From Phycisphaeraceae bacterium (GTDB lineage: Bacteria > Planctomycetota > Phycisphaerae > Phycisphaerales > Phycisphaeraceae), in contig OY771506.1 of assembly GCA_963674705.1 (NCBI GenBank), forward strand, positions 3,968,001-4,032,000: 64,000 nucleotides of DNA, given 5' to 3'. Shown here piece by piece: positions 10,159 through 20,543 of this stretch (within the stretch, counting starts at the first letter, position 1; each line of letters begins with the position of its first letter). The notes beneath the pieces were generated by a model. It was given only the letters and a program-made list of their open reading frames with translations, was not told the origin of the DNA and did not search any database. The translations under genes and the position numbers were made by a program.

Positions 10159-10339
10159 TTCAAAAACTCCTTCTGTGGTTACCGCCGAACCTCCTCGGCA
10201 GAGCATCCCCTTCATCGGACGCTAACGCGGTTTTGTCCAAAACTATTTTCTCATTCCAATTAATGGCTGAATCAGGGGTTATTCTCGGACACATAAAAGG
10301 TTATCGAACCACTGGTGCGCCTGAGTAATTCCCGTTATC

Positions 10340-11080
10340 GTGCCCATCATGGACGCAATGCGAAGGATGCGGATACTCAAACAGCACGTTCAAACCGACC
10401 GACTGCTGGGCGTCGGGGCCGTGCCGGTAGGGCAGGCAGTAGCCCAGTTTGAAACCGACACTGCGCCGGCAGCAACGGCAAGCAGGGCGGTTTCGTTGCC
10501 TGTTTTAAGCCTGGACCAGAAGACCGAACTGCTGTCGCAGATGGACGAACAGGAAGTCCGCACCTGCACCGCCTGTGTGCTCTGTGAAAGCCGAATCCAG
10601 ACTGTCTTCGGCGAGGGCGATCCGGACGCGGATGTCATGTTCGTCGGTGAAGGCCCGGGTCAGAGTGAAGACGAGCAGGGCAGGCCTTTCGTCGGCCGAT
10701 CGGGAGAACTGCTGACCAAGCAGATCGAGGCAATGGGCTTTAAGCGATCGCAGGTCTACATCGCGAATGTCGTGAAGTGCCGTCCACCCAAGAACCGTAC
10801 GCCCCTGGCAGACGAAGTCGCCGCATGCTCCGGTTACCTGCGGCGGCAGATCGAAGTCATTCAGCCCAAGGTCATCATCACACTCGGTGGCCCGGCAGCT
10901 AAACTCCTGCTCAACATCGAGCAGGGCATCACACGCGCCCGCGGCATCTGGCATGAATACAACGGCGTCCCCGTCATGCCCACTTTCCACCCGGCCTATC
11001 TCTTACGCCAATACACCAAAGAAAACCGCGCCAAGGTCTGGTCCGACCTCAAAGCGGTAATTAAACGCATGCAGGGATAA
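10340..11080 (+). CDS. Family 4 uracil-DNA glycosylase (4Fe-4S)
   Basis: CxxCxLC, VFGEG, GEGPG.SED.QGRPFVG, NVVKCRPP.NR.P and TFHPAYLLR motifs. Confidence 0.93.
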   Translation: MPIMDAMRRMRILKQHVQTDRLLGVGAVPVGQAVAQFETDTAPAATASRAVSLPVLSLDQKTELLSQMDEQEVRTCTACVLCESRIQTVFGEGDPDADVMFVGEGPGQSEDEQGRPFVGRSGELLTKQIEAMGFKRSQVYIANVVKCRPPKNRTPLADEVAACSGYLRRQIEVIQPKVIITLGGPAAKLLLNIEQGITRARGIWHEYNGVPVMPTFHPAYLLRQYTKENRAKVWSDLKAVIKRMQG

Positions 11081-11146
11081 ACGCTCAGCTACGACCCGAG
11101 TGAGTCAGTCAGAAGGCTTACGGTTCTGACTTCAGGAGCAGGAGTC

Positions 11147-11965
11147 TCAAGCGGTACAGATTTGTTGGTTGGCCTCGAATTGCCGGGAAACCTGCTCGCT
11201 TGCATCAATCCGTTCCAGCAATACCAGCAATTCCCGGCGATTGTTCACACGCAGCTTGCGGTAGATACTCTTGACATGCACGTGAACCGTGTTCGGTGAA
11301 CGACTCAACGCCTCAGCTACCTGCTTCTCAGTCTCCCTTTGCGCCAAACGATCCAATACCAGCCGTTCAGTACTGCTGAGTTGATCGAGCGAGTGAAACT
11401 TCGACGCTTCATGGTGTTGTGCCAGGCTGAATGGGATCGGTCCATTCAGGCTCGCGTTTTCCTGCTGCGCACCGATACGGATGATCTGGCCGCATTGTTG
11501 GACATAACGTAACGCCCGGTCACAATCTTCCTCGGTAAAAGCCGGTTGAGCCGCATCACGTATGAACAGCATGTAGCAATCGGGCGCAGTTGCGAATGTA
11601 ATTCCCATGCACCTCGCTTCTTGACGCACTTCAGGCACGCCCGTCATCGTGGCAATCTCAGCACAGACCTTCATATTCATTTGTGGATAGAACAACACGG
11701 CTCTATCGCCTGTTGGCTCCGGCAGGCTATGCCAGACAGCCGAGGAGGGGTCATCCGGCCACTGATACATCCGGTTGCACTCATGCGAATCGCTGCTGTG
11801 GTTGCATTGGTGAATAAATACCGTACTTGGTGTGGCAACCTGACCCCGAAATGCGGCTACCACACCGCTTGCTCGTATGACCCGTGACATCACACCCACT
11901 ACGTGCGACATGGCGCCGTAGATCGTTGATTCCAGGTCTCGATTTACTCGTGTCAGATCCAGCAC
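11147..11965 (-). CDS. LuxR-type HTH transcriptional regulator with unrecognised N-terminal domain
   Basis: C-terminal LSSTERLVL...KQVAEALSRSPNTVHVHVKSIYRKLRV. Confidence 0.8.
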   Translation of the reverse strand: MLDLTRVNRDLESTIYGAMSHVVGVMSRVIRASGVVAAFRGQVATPSTVFIHQCNHSSDSHECNRMYQWPDDPSSAVWHSLPEPTGDRAVLFYPQMNMKVCAEIATMTGVPEVRQEARCMGITFATAPDCYMLFIRDAAQPAFTEEDCDRALRYVQQCGQIIRIGAQQENASLNGPIPFSLAQHHEASKFHSLDQLSSTERLVLDRLAQRETEKQVAEALSRSPNTVHVHVKSIYRKLRVNNRRELLVLLERIDASEQVSRQFEANQQICTA

Positions 11966-12243
11966 TGTTCTATTCCTTTTATAATTAAGCCTCTTTTACT
12001 TGTCTCCACTGAGAATAGAAAGGTTCTTACTCAACCGTTACTAAGAATCGGTAAATTATTTGGATAAAAATATTCTGGTGTCAGACCCGTGGCACGCCGA
12101 AGTATTAATATCATGTCGACAATTAATTCGGATGTGCTATAGCTGATGTCAGGAAAAGCAGTTACAATAGCTTGTGCCAGACATTTTTTTTGAGTATCTT
12201 CCCCTAGCTTTGTACATATGTGAGCACGGATCAAGGGCAATTC

Positions 12244-13413
12244 ATGAACTACAACCAGCTTATGCGCTTTCTTACCATCTCCTTTCTTGCCTTTGGCCTG
12301 AGCTTCCTGCCTGTTACGCCTACGCTCGCCCACGAGGTCGACCACTACACCGTCCCCACGGGACAGGAGTTTGTCGATATGGGCGACTATCTCAATGAAT
12401 ATTTTGTCAGCGCGATCGAAGAGGGGGTCCGTCGGACCAATCGGCGTATTGATATCGCGTTGGGCAACGACGGCAGCCGATTCGACCCGGCCGATCCGCA
12501 CTACGGCGCCGGCGAACTGAAAACCTACGACCACCGACCAACCAATCAATCCCTGGATTACCTGCAATCTGATAAAGCCGTTGTCTCCTACGTACGCAGT
12601 TCCATTCCCGATGCGGTCACGCTTATCGAAGGCATGGAACGCGAATTCCACCGCGATTCCTTCAAAAAGCTATACCCCGACGGGCTTGTCGCTTTCCACC
12701 CATCCGACTTCGATTGCGTCTTCGCCAAAGTGCACTTCCCACTCGACCCCCGAGCCCTGTTCCGGATCTGGCGCTCCAGCTCATTCATGGCCTACGACAC
12801 CTATCTCGGGACTGATAAAATCGGCCACTTCGTCGATATGGGCTACCACTATTACAACGAATACCACCGCCTCCACGACGACCTGGGCTACGGCGAACGA
12901 CGTGCCATGCACGACACGCCATTCAATATCAACAACGGCCTGCTCAGCGAAAAATCCATCCTCGGCTACGCCTCGGCCGGCGCATACTCTAACGCCGACA
13001 TGGCGGCAAACTATGTCGGCTGCCTCTTCTACCGCAACCTCACTGAACCGGTTCGCCTTAAAGGCAAGATCGTGCCGCCGGCTGTGGTTCGTGATGGTGA
13101 ATACTGGAAGTTGAACGACCACGTCAGGGGCGAACCTGACTTCTTCGCATGGTTTATCTCCGATCACTATGACGAAGCGCTCAATCCCAGCCACTACGAG
13201 AAGGGTATGCAGGGGGCCATGCGCCGCGCCATCAAGGACCGCTGCGAGAGCCTGATGGACTGGTACGCCGATGAAAACGGCCATCACAGGCCCGTGGGCT
13301 ACTTCGAGTACAAGATGTACGACCTGATGTCTTACTACAACACCGACTACGGCCACAGCCGGCTGTTCGATGAAATACTGAACATGGATCGCGTCTGCAA
13401 GAAGCGGCAGTAG
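12244..13413 (+). CDS. Secreted hypothetical protein
   Basis: Long ORF with host-like codon use, a signal peptide ending TLA, and a GTDKIGHF motif; no family recognised. Confidence 0.7.
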   Translation: MNYNQLMRFLTISFLAFGLSFLPVTPTLAHEVDHYTVPTGQEFVDMGDYLNEYFVSAIEEGVRRTNRRIDIALGNDGSRFDPADPHYGAGELKTYDHRPTNQSLDYLQSDKAVVSYVRSSIPDAVTLIEGMEREFHRDSFKKLYPDGLVAFHPSDFDCVFAKVHFPLDPRALFRIWRSSSFMAYDTYLGTDKIGHFVDMGYHYYNEYHRLHDDLGYGERRAMHDTPFNINNGLLSEKSILGYASAGAYSNADMAANYVGCLFYRNLTEPVRLKGKIVPPAVVRDGEYWKLNDHVRGEPDFFAWFISDHYDEALNPSHYEKGMQGAMRRAIKDRCESLMDWYADENGHHRPVGYFEYKMYDLMSYYNTDYGHSRLFDEILNMDRVCKKRQ

Positions 13414-13508
13414 GCTAGCCTGCACCCGCGATATCGCAAATGACTGGCTGGTAAACACATAAAAATACCGCAACGCCTTGGCCGCCTGACCGATACCGCC
13501 TCACTCTC

Positions 13509-13537
13509 TCAAGTTGACCCCCAACAAGGGTCGATAA
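13509..13537 (+). promoter_or_regulatory. Candidate sigma28 (FliA) promoter for fliD
   Basis: TCAAG-N16-GTCGATAA upstream of fliD; the spacer is slightly longer than the enteric consensus. Confidence 0.5.
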
Positions 13538-13588
13538 TGTTTGAGAAGTGGGGATGGATATCAGTCCACACAAACCGAGGCACTACGT

Positions 13589-16500
13589 ATGGGTACGATC
13601 ACCACAGGCACCGGCCTGATCAGCGGTATTGATTATGCCAGCCTGATCGACCAGCTTATCCAACTGGAATCAGGCTCCGTCAAGCTGGTCGAGAAACGCA
13701 ATACCGTCCTCACCGCGCAGCAGACCGCGCTTCAGGACGTCAATGCAAAGCTGCTCGCGCTGAAGTTCAGCACCGACAGCCTCACCTCCTCCACGGTCTT
13801 TAATTCCTCCATTTCCACCAGCAGTAACGAATCGGTCCTCACCGTCACCAGCGGCTCCGGTGCCGTCCCCGGCAACTACAACTTCACCGTCGATAAACTC
13901 GTCTCCAGCCAGCAGGTCCTGACCAAGGGTTTTAAGGACACCGACAGCTCATCCATCGGTTCGGGCACACTCACCTTCGACAAGGGCAACTCCCGTCTGG
14001 ATTCCGATACAAAATTGTCAGACCTCAACGGAGGCAACGGCGTCACGCGCGGTATGATCCGCGTCACCGACCGCTCCGGCGCTGTCGGACTGATCGACCT
14101 GTCCAAAGCCGTCACCATCAACGACGTGATCGAGGCCGTCAACAGCGCCACCAATGTCAGCGTCCGCGCCACCGTCACCGGCGACGGACTGACCATCACC
14201 GACAATACAGGCCTCAGCTCCGGCGACCTGACCATCACCAACGCCGGCATCACCGAATCCGCCTCCAGCCTTGGTATCGCCGGCACCAGCGCAACCGGCG
14301 CAATCACCGGCTCGCAGATCAACTACGTCGGCGAAGACACGCTCCTGTCCTCACTCAACGACGGGCAGGGGATCTATATCAGCGACTCGCAGCACGAATT
14401 CACCATCACCGACGGTGCGAGTAACAGCTTCAACGTCGATCTGCTCAACGAGACGACCCTCGGGGAGGTGATCGACACCATCAACGCCGCCAGCACAACC
14501 GCAGGCGCGGGCGTCACCGCCTCTATCGCCGCGGACGGCGTGAGTATCGAACTGACCGATTCCAACGGCGGCGGCGTTGACTTCAAGATTACACCCAATG
14601 GCACCTTCTCCACCGCCGCCGACCTGGGGCTGTCAGGTGCCGATGACGACGGCGACGGCGTGATCAATGGTTCACGGATGGTCGCCAATATCAATTCCAA
14701 ACTATTAAGCAAACTCAACGGCGGGCAGGGCATCGGTGAAGTGAGGGTCTTATCATCCTCTACTGAACTCACTGATTTGTTTGACGGTGCCGGAGTTACC
14801 ACAAGTGGTAACGGGCTGAGGGAACTAGTCATCTTCGACAGAACAGGGGCTAGTTACACCATCAATCTGGACCCCTCGTCCACAGCCGGCGATCTGATCA
14901 GCCTTGTGAATACAGCGACAAGCGGGAACGTGACATTGTCGATTTCCGGCAATAGCTTCGTGCTGACGGATAATACGGGCGGAGCAGGACCCTTTCGTGC
15001 CTATGATAATCCCGGGTCCGGTTCCACAATCATCGCAGATCTTGGATTGACTGTTAATGCAGCCGTTGATTCTGTGACCGGCACAGATACATTCCCTGTC
15101 GCAACAGAGCCCGGCTCAGGCACGTTCTCTATACAAGACCGAGACGGTGTATCCTTCAACGTCGACCTCAGTTCCGCCAGCAGTGTCAGCGATATAATTA
15201 CAGGTATCAATGAAGCCAGTGAAGCCGCTGGCGCGGGTATCACCGCCAGCCTGAATAGGGCGGGCAACGGCATACTCCTTGAAGATTCCACCGGTGGCAG
15301 CGGGGATATTGTCGTTGCTGATGTGGATGCGACAACCGCCGCTGTCCTCGGTATCGCCGGCACCTTCTCCGATGATGAGGTCGACTCGGGCAACCTGCAA
15401 TACGCCTATATCAACGAAGGCACCTTGCTGGACAGCATCGACTTTGTCAGTGGTGACATCAAGATCACCGACAGCCGGGGCGTGTCACAAAAGATCAGTT
15501 TCAAAGAAGGTGAAAGGACGATTGCTGAAATCCTCCAGGACATCAATGGCACAAGCCTGGCGATCAATGCACGCGTCAACGACACCGGTGACGGCATCAT
15601 CCTCGAAGACACCAATACCGGGACGCCGGTTAGTGCGATCAAGGTCGAAGAGTCTGGTTCCAGTACGGCAAGAAGCCTCGGGTTGCTCGGGGAGGCCACG
15701 ACCGCTGGCGATGACCTCAACGGCAGCTTTGAGACCACGATCGAGTACGTCTCCGACTCCATGGATGGCACTACCCTGCTTTCGGCGCTCAACTCCGGTA
15801 ACGGCATCGATTACAACGACTCCAAGACCGACATCAAGATCACCACATCCGACGGCACCGAATACGAAGTCGATATCACCGACGGCACCAACACCGTGCA
15901 GGACCTGATCAACGCCATCGAAACAGCTACCGATGGCCATGTCTCCGTGACATTCAACGGCGAATCCAACCGCCTGCTCTTTACCGACGATACGTCCGGC
16001 TCGGGCGAGCTGTCTTTCGAGGCCATCAATGATTCTGAGGCGCTGGGCGATCTGGGCTTTAAACTCAAGGACACCGGCGTCTATCAGTCGAACAAACTTG
16101 TCCAAAGCACCACGCTCAAAGACCTCGTCGAACTGATCAACGAATCCAACGCGGGTGTCACCGCATCCATCATCAACGATGGCTCGAGCGGCACGCCGTA
16201 CCGCCTGATCTTCTCCGCCGATGAAACAGGCTCGGCAGGCGCTTTTGTTTTCGACGACGGTGGGGCGGGTTTCAAAGCTAACACCTTCTCCGAAGCGCAG
16301 GACGCGGTCGTCTTCTTCGGCTCGACCAACTCCGCACTGGCGCAGGTCATCACCTCGACCAGCAACACGCTCGAGGACGTCGTGCCCGGCTCCACGATCA
16401 CCTTACTGTCAACCAGCGACTCACCTGTGCAGGTTACGATCTCCGAAGACGACGGGGCCGTCACCGCCGCCGCCGAATCCTTTGTCACCAGCTTCAACAA

Positions 16501-17077
16501 CCTGATGACTACGATCGACAACTACGACAGCTACAACAGTGAGAACGAAGAACGCGGGCTGCTGCTGGGCGACCCCGCCGTGGTCCAGCTTAAAAACCGC
16601 CTGTTCTCGATCCTCACACGACGCACGAATGATCTGTCCGGCAGTTTCACCTCGCTGGCGGAAGTCGGGCTGACCGTCGGCTCCGGCGGCACGCTCAGGC
16701 TGGATGCCAACAAGTTCTCCGCTGCCATGCAATCCGACCGCGACGCCGTCAAGAACCTGTTCACCTTCGTTGAAACCGAGACCGACGACGATGGCGAAAC
16801 CGTCACCACCGCCCAGGGCGTCGGCAAGATGATCGATGCGCTGCTCGAGCGGTTAACCGATACCGACTACGGCATCATCGAATCTCGCGTCTCCACGCTT
16901 CAATCGCAGATTGACCTCAACGAAGACCGTATCGACAGACTCAACGAACAGTTGGATGAGAAGCGGACCCGCCTGGAGAAAGAGTTCGCCGCGATGGAAA
17001 CGGCGCTAGCCTCGATACAGAAACAGAGTTCATCCCTGACCACACTCGCCTCGCTGGCCAGTAGTACCAGCAGCTAA
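13589..17077 (+). CDS. fliD: Flagellar filament cap protein FliD, long multi-module form
   Basis: FliD N-terminus (GLISGIDY.SLIDQL), C-terminal domain (AQDA, SNTLEDVVPG, FVTSFN, LLGD, F.AMETALA), and position directly upstream of fliS. Confidence 0.93.
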   Translation: MGTITTGTGLISGIDYASLIDQLIQLESGSVKLVEKRNTVLTAQQTALQDVNAKLLALKFSTDSLTSSTVFNSSISTSSNESVLTVTSGSGAVPGNYNFTVDKLVSSQQVLTKGFKDTDSSSIGSGTLTFDKGNSRLDSDTKLSDLNGGNGVTRGMIRVTDRSGAVGLIDLSKAVTINDVIEAVNSATNVSVRATVTGDGLTITDNTGLSSGDLTITNAGITESASSLGIAGTSATGAITGSQINYVGEDTLLSSLNDGQGIYISDSQHEFTITDGASNSFNVDLLNETTLGEVIDTINAASTTAGAGVTASIAADGVSIELTDSNGGGVDFKITPNGTFSTAADLGLSGADDDGDGVINGSRMVANINSKLLSKLNGGQGIGEVRVLSSSTELTDLFDGAGVTTSGNGLRELVIFDRTGASYTINLDPSSTAGDLISLVNTATSGNVTLSISGNSFVLTDNTGGAGPFRAYDNPGSGSTIIADLGLTVNAAVDSVTGTDTFPVATEPGSGTFSIQDRDGVSFNVDLSSASSVSDIITGINEASEAAGAGITASLNRAGNGILLEDSTGGSGDIVVADVDATTAAVLGIAGTFSDDEVDSGNLQYAYINEGTLLDSIDFVSGDIKITDSRGVSQKISFKEGERTIAEILQDINGTSLAINARVNDTGDGIILEDTNTGTPVSAIKVEESGSSTARSLGLLGEATTAGDDLNGSFETTIEYVSDSMDGTTLLSALNSGNGIDYNDSKTDIKITTSDGTEYEVDITDGTNTVQDLINAIETATDGHVSVTFNGESNRLLFTDDTSGSGELSFEAINDSEALGDLGFKLKDTGVYQSNKLVQSTTLKDLVELINESNAGVTASIINDGSSGTPYRLIFSADETGSAGAFVFDDGGAGFKANTFSEAQDAVVFFGSTNSALAQVITSTSNTLEDVVPGSTITLLSTSDSPVQVTISEDDGAVTAAAESFVTSFNNLMTTIDNYDSYNSENEERGLLLGDPAVVQLKNRLFSILTRRTNDLSGSFTSLAEVGLTVGSGGTLRLDANKFSAAMQSDRDAVKNLFTFVETETDDDGETVTTAQGVGKMIDALLERLTDTDYGIIESRVSTLQSQIDLNEDRIDRLNEQLDEKRTRLEKEFAAMETALASIQKQSSSLTTLASLASSTSS

Positions 17078-17126
17078 CGAACCGTACGTCCGCGTTCGCT
17101 TATCGGTCCTCATGCAACCACTTAGC

Positions 17127-17155
17127 TAACGCGACCCCCCAATCCATGCCGATAG
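17127..17155 (+). promoter_or_regulatory. Candidate sigma28 promoter for fliS
   Basis: TAAC-N17-GCCGATAG, the same geometry as the fliD candidate. Confidence 0.45.
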
Positions 17156-17204
17156 AAAAGGCTGTTGGGGAACCGTTATTTGCTCGTTAGGAAGTCTTAA
17201 TCGA

Positions 17205-17654
17205 ATGAGTCAAAAGCAGGTCAATCCGTATCTCAAGACCAAAATCATGACCGCCAGCCCGGAAGAGCTGCGTCTGATGCTTTACGACGGCGCGCTGAAG
17301 TTCTGCCGACAGGCACGTCTCGCGCTTGAGAAAAAGAGCTACGAAGACAGCTACAACAACCTCATGCGGGCCCAGAAGATCGTCCTCGAGCTGTCCACCA
17401 GCCTCAATCACGACGCCGACCCGCAGCTCTGCCAACGGCTCAGCGCCCTGTACACCTACGTCTACCGCCTGCTGGTCGAAGCCAATATGAAGCGGGAGAT
17501 CGAGACCGTCGACGAAGCGATCAAGCTCATCGAGTACGAACGCGAGACATGGCAGATGCTCATGAAGAAGCTCGCCGGCGAAGGTAAACCCAGCGACACC
17601 TCGATCACCACCGCCCAGCAGACCGCCATCAGCAGCCTTTCGCAAAGCGCCTGA
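17205..17654 (+). CDS. fliS: Flagellar export chaperone FliS
   Basis: Y...IMTASPEELRLMLYDGA, RAQKIVLEL, LSALYTY and ETW motifs. Confidence 0.95.
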   Translation: MSQKQVNPYLKTKIMTASPEELRLMLYDGALKFCRQARLALEKKSYEDSYNNLMRAQKIVLELSTSLNHDADPQLCQRLSALYTYVYRLLVEANMKREIETVDEAIKLIEYERETWQMLMKKLAGEGKPSDTSITTAQQTAISSLSQSA

Positions 17655-17689
17655 ACCGGCGGACCCCACCAGATAATACAACCTCACCA

Positions 17690-17718
17690 CGCCCCGGCAA
17701 TCGTCGGGGTGTTTGCTT
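17690..17718 (+). terminator. Intrinsic terminator after fliS
   Basis: cgccccggc-aatc-gtcggggtg stem followed by tttgctt. Confidence 0.55.
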
Positions 17719-17780
17719 AATACCCATAACCACACCGCCGATAGCTCCGACGTACATCCGCCTTATCTCGGGAGTTGTCG

Positions 17781-18695
17781 ATGCGCAAGGTTCTGTCACT
17801 TCTGGCCGTTGTCCTGCTATCCGTTTCCAGCACACTGGCGTCTGACGATGGCAACCTGGTCGCACGCTCGATCCAGACCTATGAACAGATCGAAGCCATC
17901 CGGGAGCAGATGCGCGACGCCACTGCCGACCTGGAGGCCGAGAAACGAGCCTACGAATTGGCGATCCGTGAAGCCAACAGCGGCGCCAAAACCGAGCAGC
18001 AACTCAAGGAACTGCGCACAGAACTCGAACGTCATCAACAGATTCTGATAAAAGCCGAGAAGAACAACACGCCCGCCGCATCGACAGACTACAGCCGCAA
18101 ACGCGTCCGCGACCTGTCACTGATGATCGAAGCCGGATCACTACAAACCGATGTCCAGCGTAAAGCCTTCAAGATCAAGTATCAGCCGAAGATCGATCGC
18201 TTGAATAAGCAGATCAAGCGTATCTCCACGCCATACAACAAACGTATCAGCGAGCTTCAGGATGCTGCCCAGGCCGAAAGCGATGCACTTGTGGGCCTGC
18301 TTCGTCCGTACCTTAAAACACCTGGCGCCAATTACACCGGCTCGCGCGTCGACGCCGTCAACGCAGACATGTCCAACGCCTTCGGCTCAAGCAACTGGAA
18401 CGACAGCGACGACCATCGCATCGCCTGGGCGCACATCCGCATCCGTTCACAGGACGAGATCGAAGACTATCACCGGCAGAACCTGCTCGACGGCAAATAC
18501 CCGATCCAGTCGCTCAGCGACGGCAGCATCTGGGTCTGGGCGGGCAACTTCCTGATCACCTTCGTCGCCGATGACGAGGCTCTCAAGGGCAAAGACAATA
18601 TCCAGCAAGCCATCCACGACTTCATCGACCTGGAAGGCCTCGCGTCCATCCAGATCGAATCCACCCAGGTCGCCACCGGCGAACAAACCAATTAG
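17781..18695 (+). CDS. Secreted coiled-coil hypothetical protein
   Basis: Signal peptide, long heptad-rich region and globular C-terminus; GGAG RBS. Confidence 0.7.
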   Translation: MRKVLSLLAVVLLSVSSTLASDDGNLVARSIQTYEQIEAIREQMRDATADLEAEKRAYELAIREANSGAKTEQQLKELRTELERHQQILIKAEKNNTPAASTDYSRKRVRDLSLMIEAGSLQTDVQRKAFKIKYQPKIDRLNKQIKRISTPYNKRISELQDAAQAESDALVGLLRPYLKTPGANYTGSRVDAVNADMSNAFGSSNWNDSDDHRIAWAHIRIRSQDEIEDYHRQNLLDGKYPIQSLSDGSIWVWAGNFLITFVADDEALKGKDNIQQAIHDFIDLEGLASIQIESTQVATGEQTN

Positions 18696-18718
18696 CCTAT
18701 AGCCAAGATTGACCTTCC

Positions 18719-18746
18719 CCCGTTTAGCGAGGCAGCTTGCTGCCGC
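18719..18746 (+). repeat. REP-like element, CCCGTTTAGCG-hairpin family, copy 1
   Basis: cccgtttagcga-ggcag-cttg-ctgcc; matches the reverse complement of 41114-41141. Confidence 0.75.
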
Positions 18747-18757
18747 ATGCCTTTACC

Positions 18758-19345
18758 TCAGTCGTCCGTCATGCTCGAAATAATCATGATGGCAAACCCC
18801 ACACCGATGATGCCCCCGGGGACGGCCAGTTCGTGTAAAAACACCGCATCGTCCTGCGCGTAGAACGTCGCGCCGCCAACCAGGCAGAAAAGAATCCCCA
18901 GCATCAGCAGGCACATGCGCTTGTTTATGATGAGCCGCCCGCCCTGGCGCTCGATGAGTTTGAAGCTGCGTTTCTTGTTCTTTTTCGCTTCGACCTCGGA
19001 CTTCGCCACCCACCGCACCATCTGCCGCCAACGATCGTCCCCGCAGAGGTAGCAGACAAACAGGTTCGTCGTTACGTCCAGCGACAGCGCTTTGTCCGCC
19101 GCGACGAACGGCTCCGCGCTAGCGCCTTCACAGTATTCGACTGTGTACCCACCCTCACCGTCGCCCGTGCACTGCATGTAAAAACCCCGACCCCGCAGAA
19201 GCATCATCGTATCAGCCGGGTCGGTCAACATCTCCAGCCGCCAGCGCATATCTCCCGGCTGCGGCATACCCGCGACCGGCCGACCACGCTGGATCAGCCT
19301 GATAGTCTGCTCGTTTTCATATCCCATGCCCATCCGAACCCCCAT
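18758..19345 (-). CDS. Hypothetical protein with two C-terminal TM helices
   Basis: The ORF fills the gap downstream of trpS and has two hydrophobic segments at the C-terminus. Confidence 0.6.
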   Translation of the reverse strand: MGVRMGMGYENEQTIRLIQRGRPVAGMPQPGDMRWRLEMLTDPADTMMLLRGRGFYMQCTGDGEGGYTVEYCEGASAEPFVAADKALSLDVTTNLFVCYLCGDDRWRQMVRWVAKSEVEAKKNKKRSFKLIERQGGRLIINKRMCLLMLGILFCLVGGATFYAQDDAVFLHELAVPGGIIGVGFAIMIISSMTDD

Positions 19346-19399
19346 AGATGTCTCATGAATGCATCAAACACAATGTATGGAAACCTGGTATATGATAAC

Positions 19400-20386
19400 T
19401 TACAGCCCCGCCGCCTCACGCGCACGCTTAGTCACTTCAGCGACCTTCGCCTGCGCCGCGGCCGCGCCGTCCGCCAGGACCTTGTCGACGTAGCCCGGGT
19501 CGTTCATCAACGCTTCCCGGCGCTTACGCGCTTCGCCGAAGTGGTCCATGATCAGTTCAAACAGCGCCTGCTTGGCGTGGCCGTAGCCCATGCCGTTCTC
19601 GCCCGTCGCGCGGTAGCGATCGGCAAGCTCCAGCGTCTTCGGATCATCACGCCCGGCTAAACCACGGAAAATCTGGAACACCGTGCACGATTCCGGGTCC
19701 TTCGCTTCCTCGACCGGAGTCGAATCCGTCGTGATCTTCATGATCCGCTTGCGCAGCGGCTTCTCAGCCATGAACGGATCGATGTAGTTGTCGTACGACT
19801 TACTCATCTTCTGCCCGTCCACGCCCGGCAAAACCTCCGCGTCGTCACGCAACTTGTACGCGGGGATCTTGAACACCTCGCCGTACGCGTTGTTGAACTT
19901 CTGCGCCAGGTCGCGCGTGATCTCCACGTGCTGCACCTGGTCCTTGCCGACCGGCACGAGGTCGGGATTCACGCTCAGGATATCCGCCGCCTGCAGGATC
20001 GGATACGTGTATAGACCGATCGATGCGGACAAACCCCGGGCCGTCTTGTCCTTAAAACTGGTCGCCTTATCCATCAGGTGCTTCGGGCACACGCAAGATA
20101 ACAGCCAGCATAATTCAGTCACCTGCGGCACATCCTGCTGCAGATAGATATGTGTCTGCGGATACTTCTCCGGGTCGAGTCCAAACGCAAGATAATCAAC
20201 AACGACCTGCCGGATATTCTTGCGCAGCTCCGCCGGCTCACGCGTCGATGTGAGCGCATGATACGAAGCCACGAAGATAAACATTTCGTGGTCGACCTGC
20301 ATATCTACAAACTGCTTGATCGCACCGGCATAGTTGCCGATGTGCAATTGTCCGGATGGTTGGATACCTGAAAGAACCCTTTTCAT
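19400..20386 (-). CDS. trpS: Tryptophanyl-tRNA synthetase
   Basis: SGIQPSG.LHIGNY, YPILQAADIL, VPVGKDQ.QH and KMSKS motifs. Confidence 0.97.
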   Translation of the reverse strand: MKRVLSGIQPSGQLHIGNYAGAIKQFVDMQVDHEMFIFVASYHALTSTREPAELRKNIRQVVVDYLAFGLDPEKYPQTHIYLQQDVPQVTELCWLLSCVCPKHLMDKATSFKDKTARGLSASIGLYTYPILQAADILSVNPDLVPVGKDQVQHVEITRDLAQKFNNAYGEVFKIPAYKLRDDAEVLPGVDGQKMSKSYDNYIDPFMAEKPLRKRIMKITTDSTPVEEAKDPESCTVFQIFRGLAGRDDPKTLELADRYRATGENGMGYGHAKQALFELIMDHFGEARKRREALMNDPGYVDKVLADGAAAAQAKVAEVTKRAREAAGL

Positions 20387-20543
20387 GGTTCGAAAACCTC
20401 GTAATGATGAATATGTCGGGAGTATGGTACAGGATTATGCGGCGCAGGGAGATTAGTCAGGCGCAGCAGCGCCAACGCCAGGAATTTGCCGAGATGTTGG
20501 AACCGATCAGTACCATAAGGTTAAGTCTAATCCAGGAACCATC

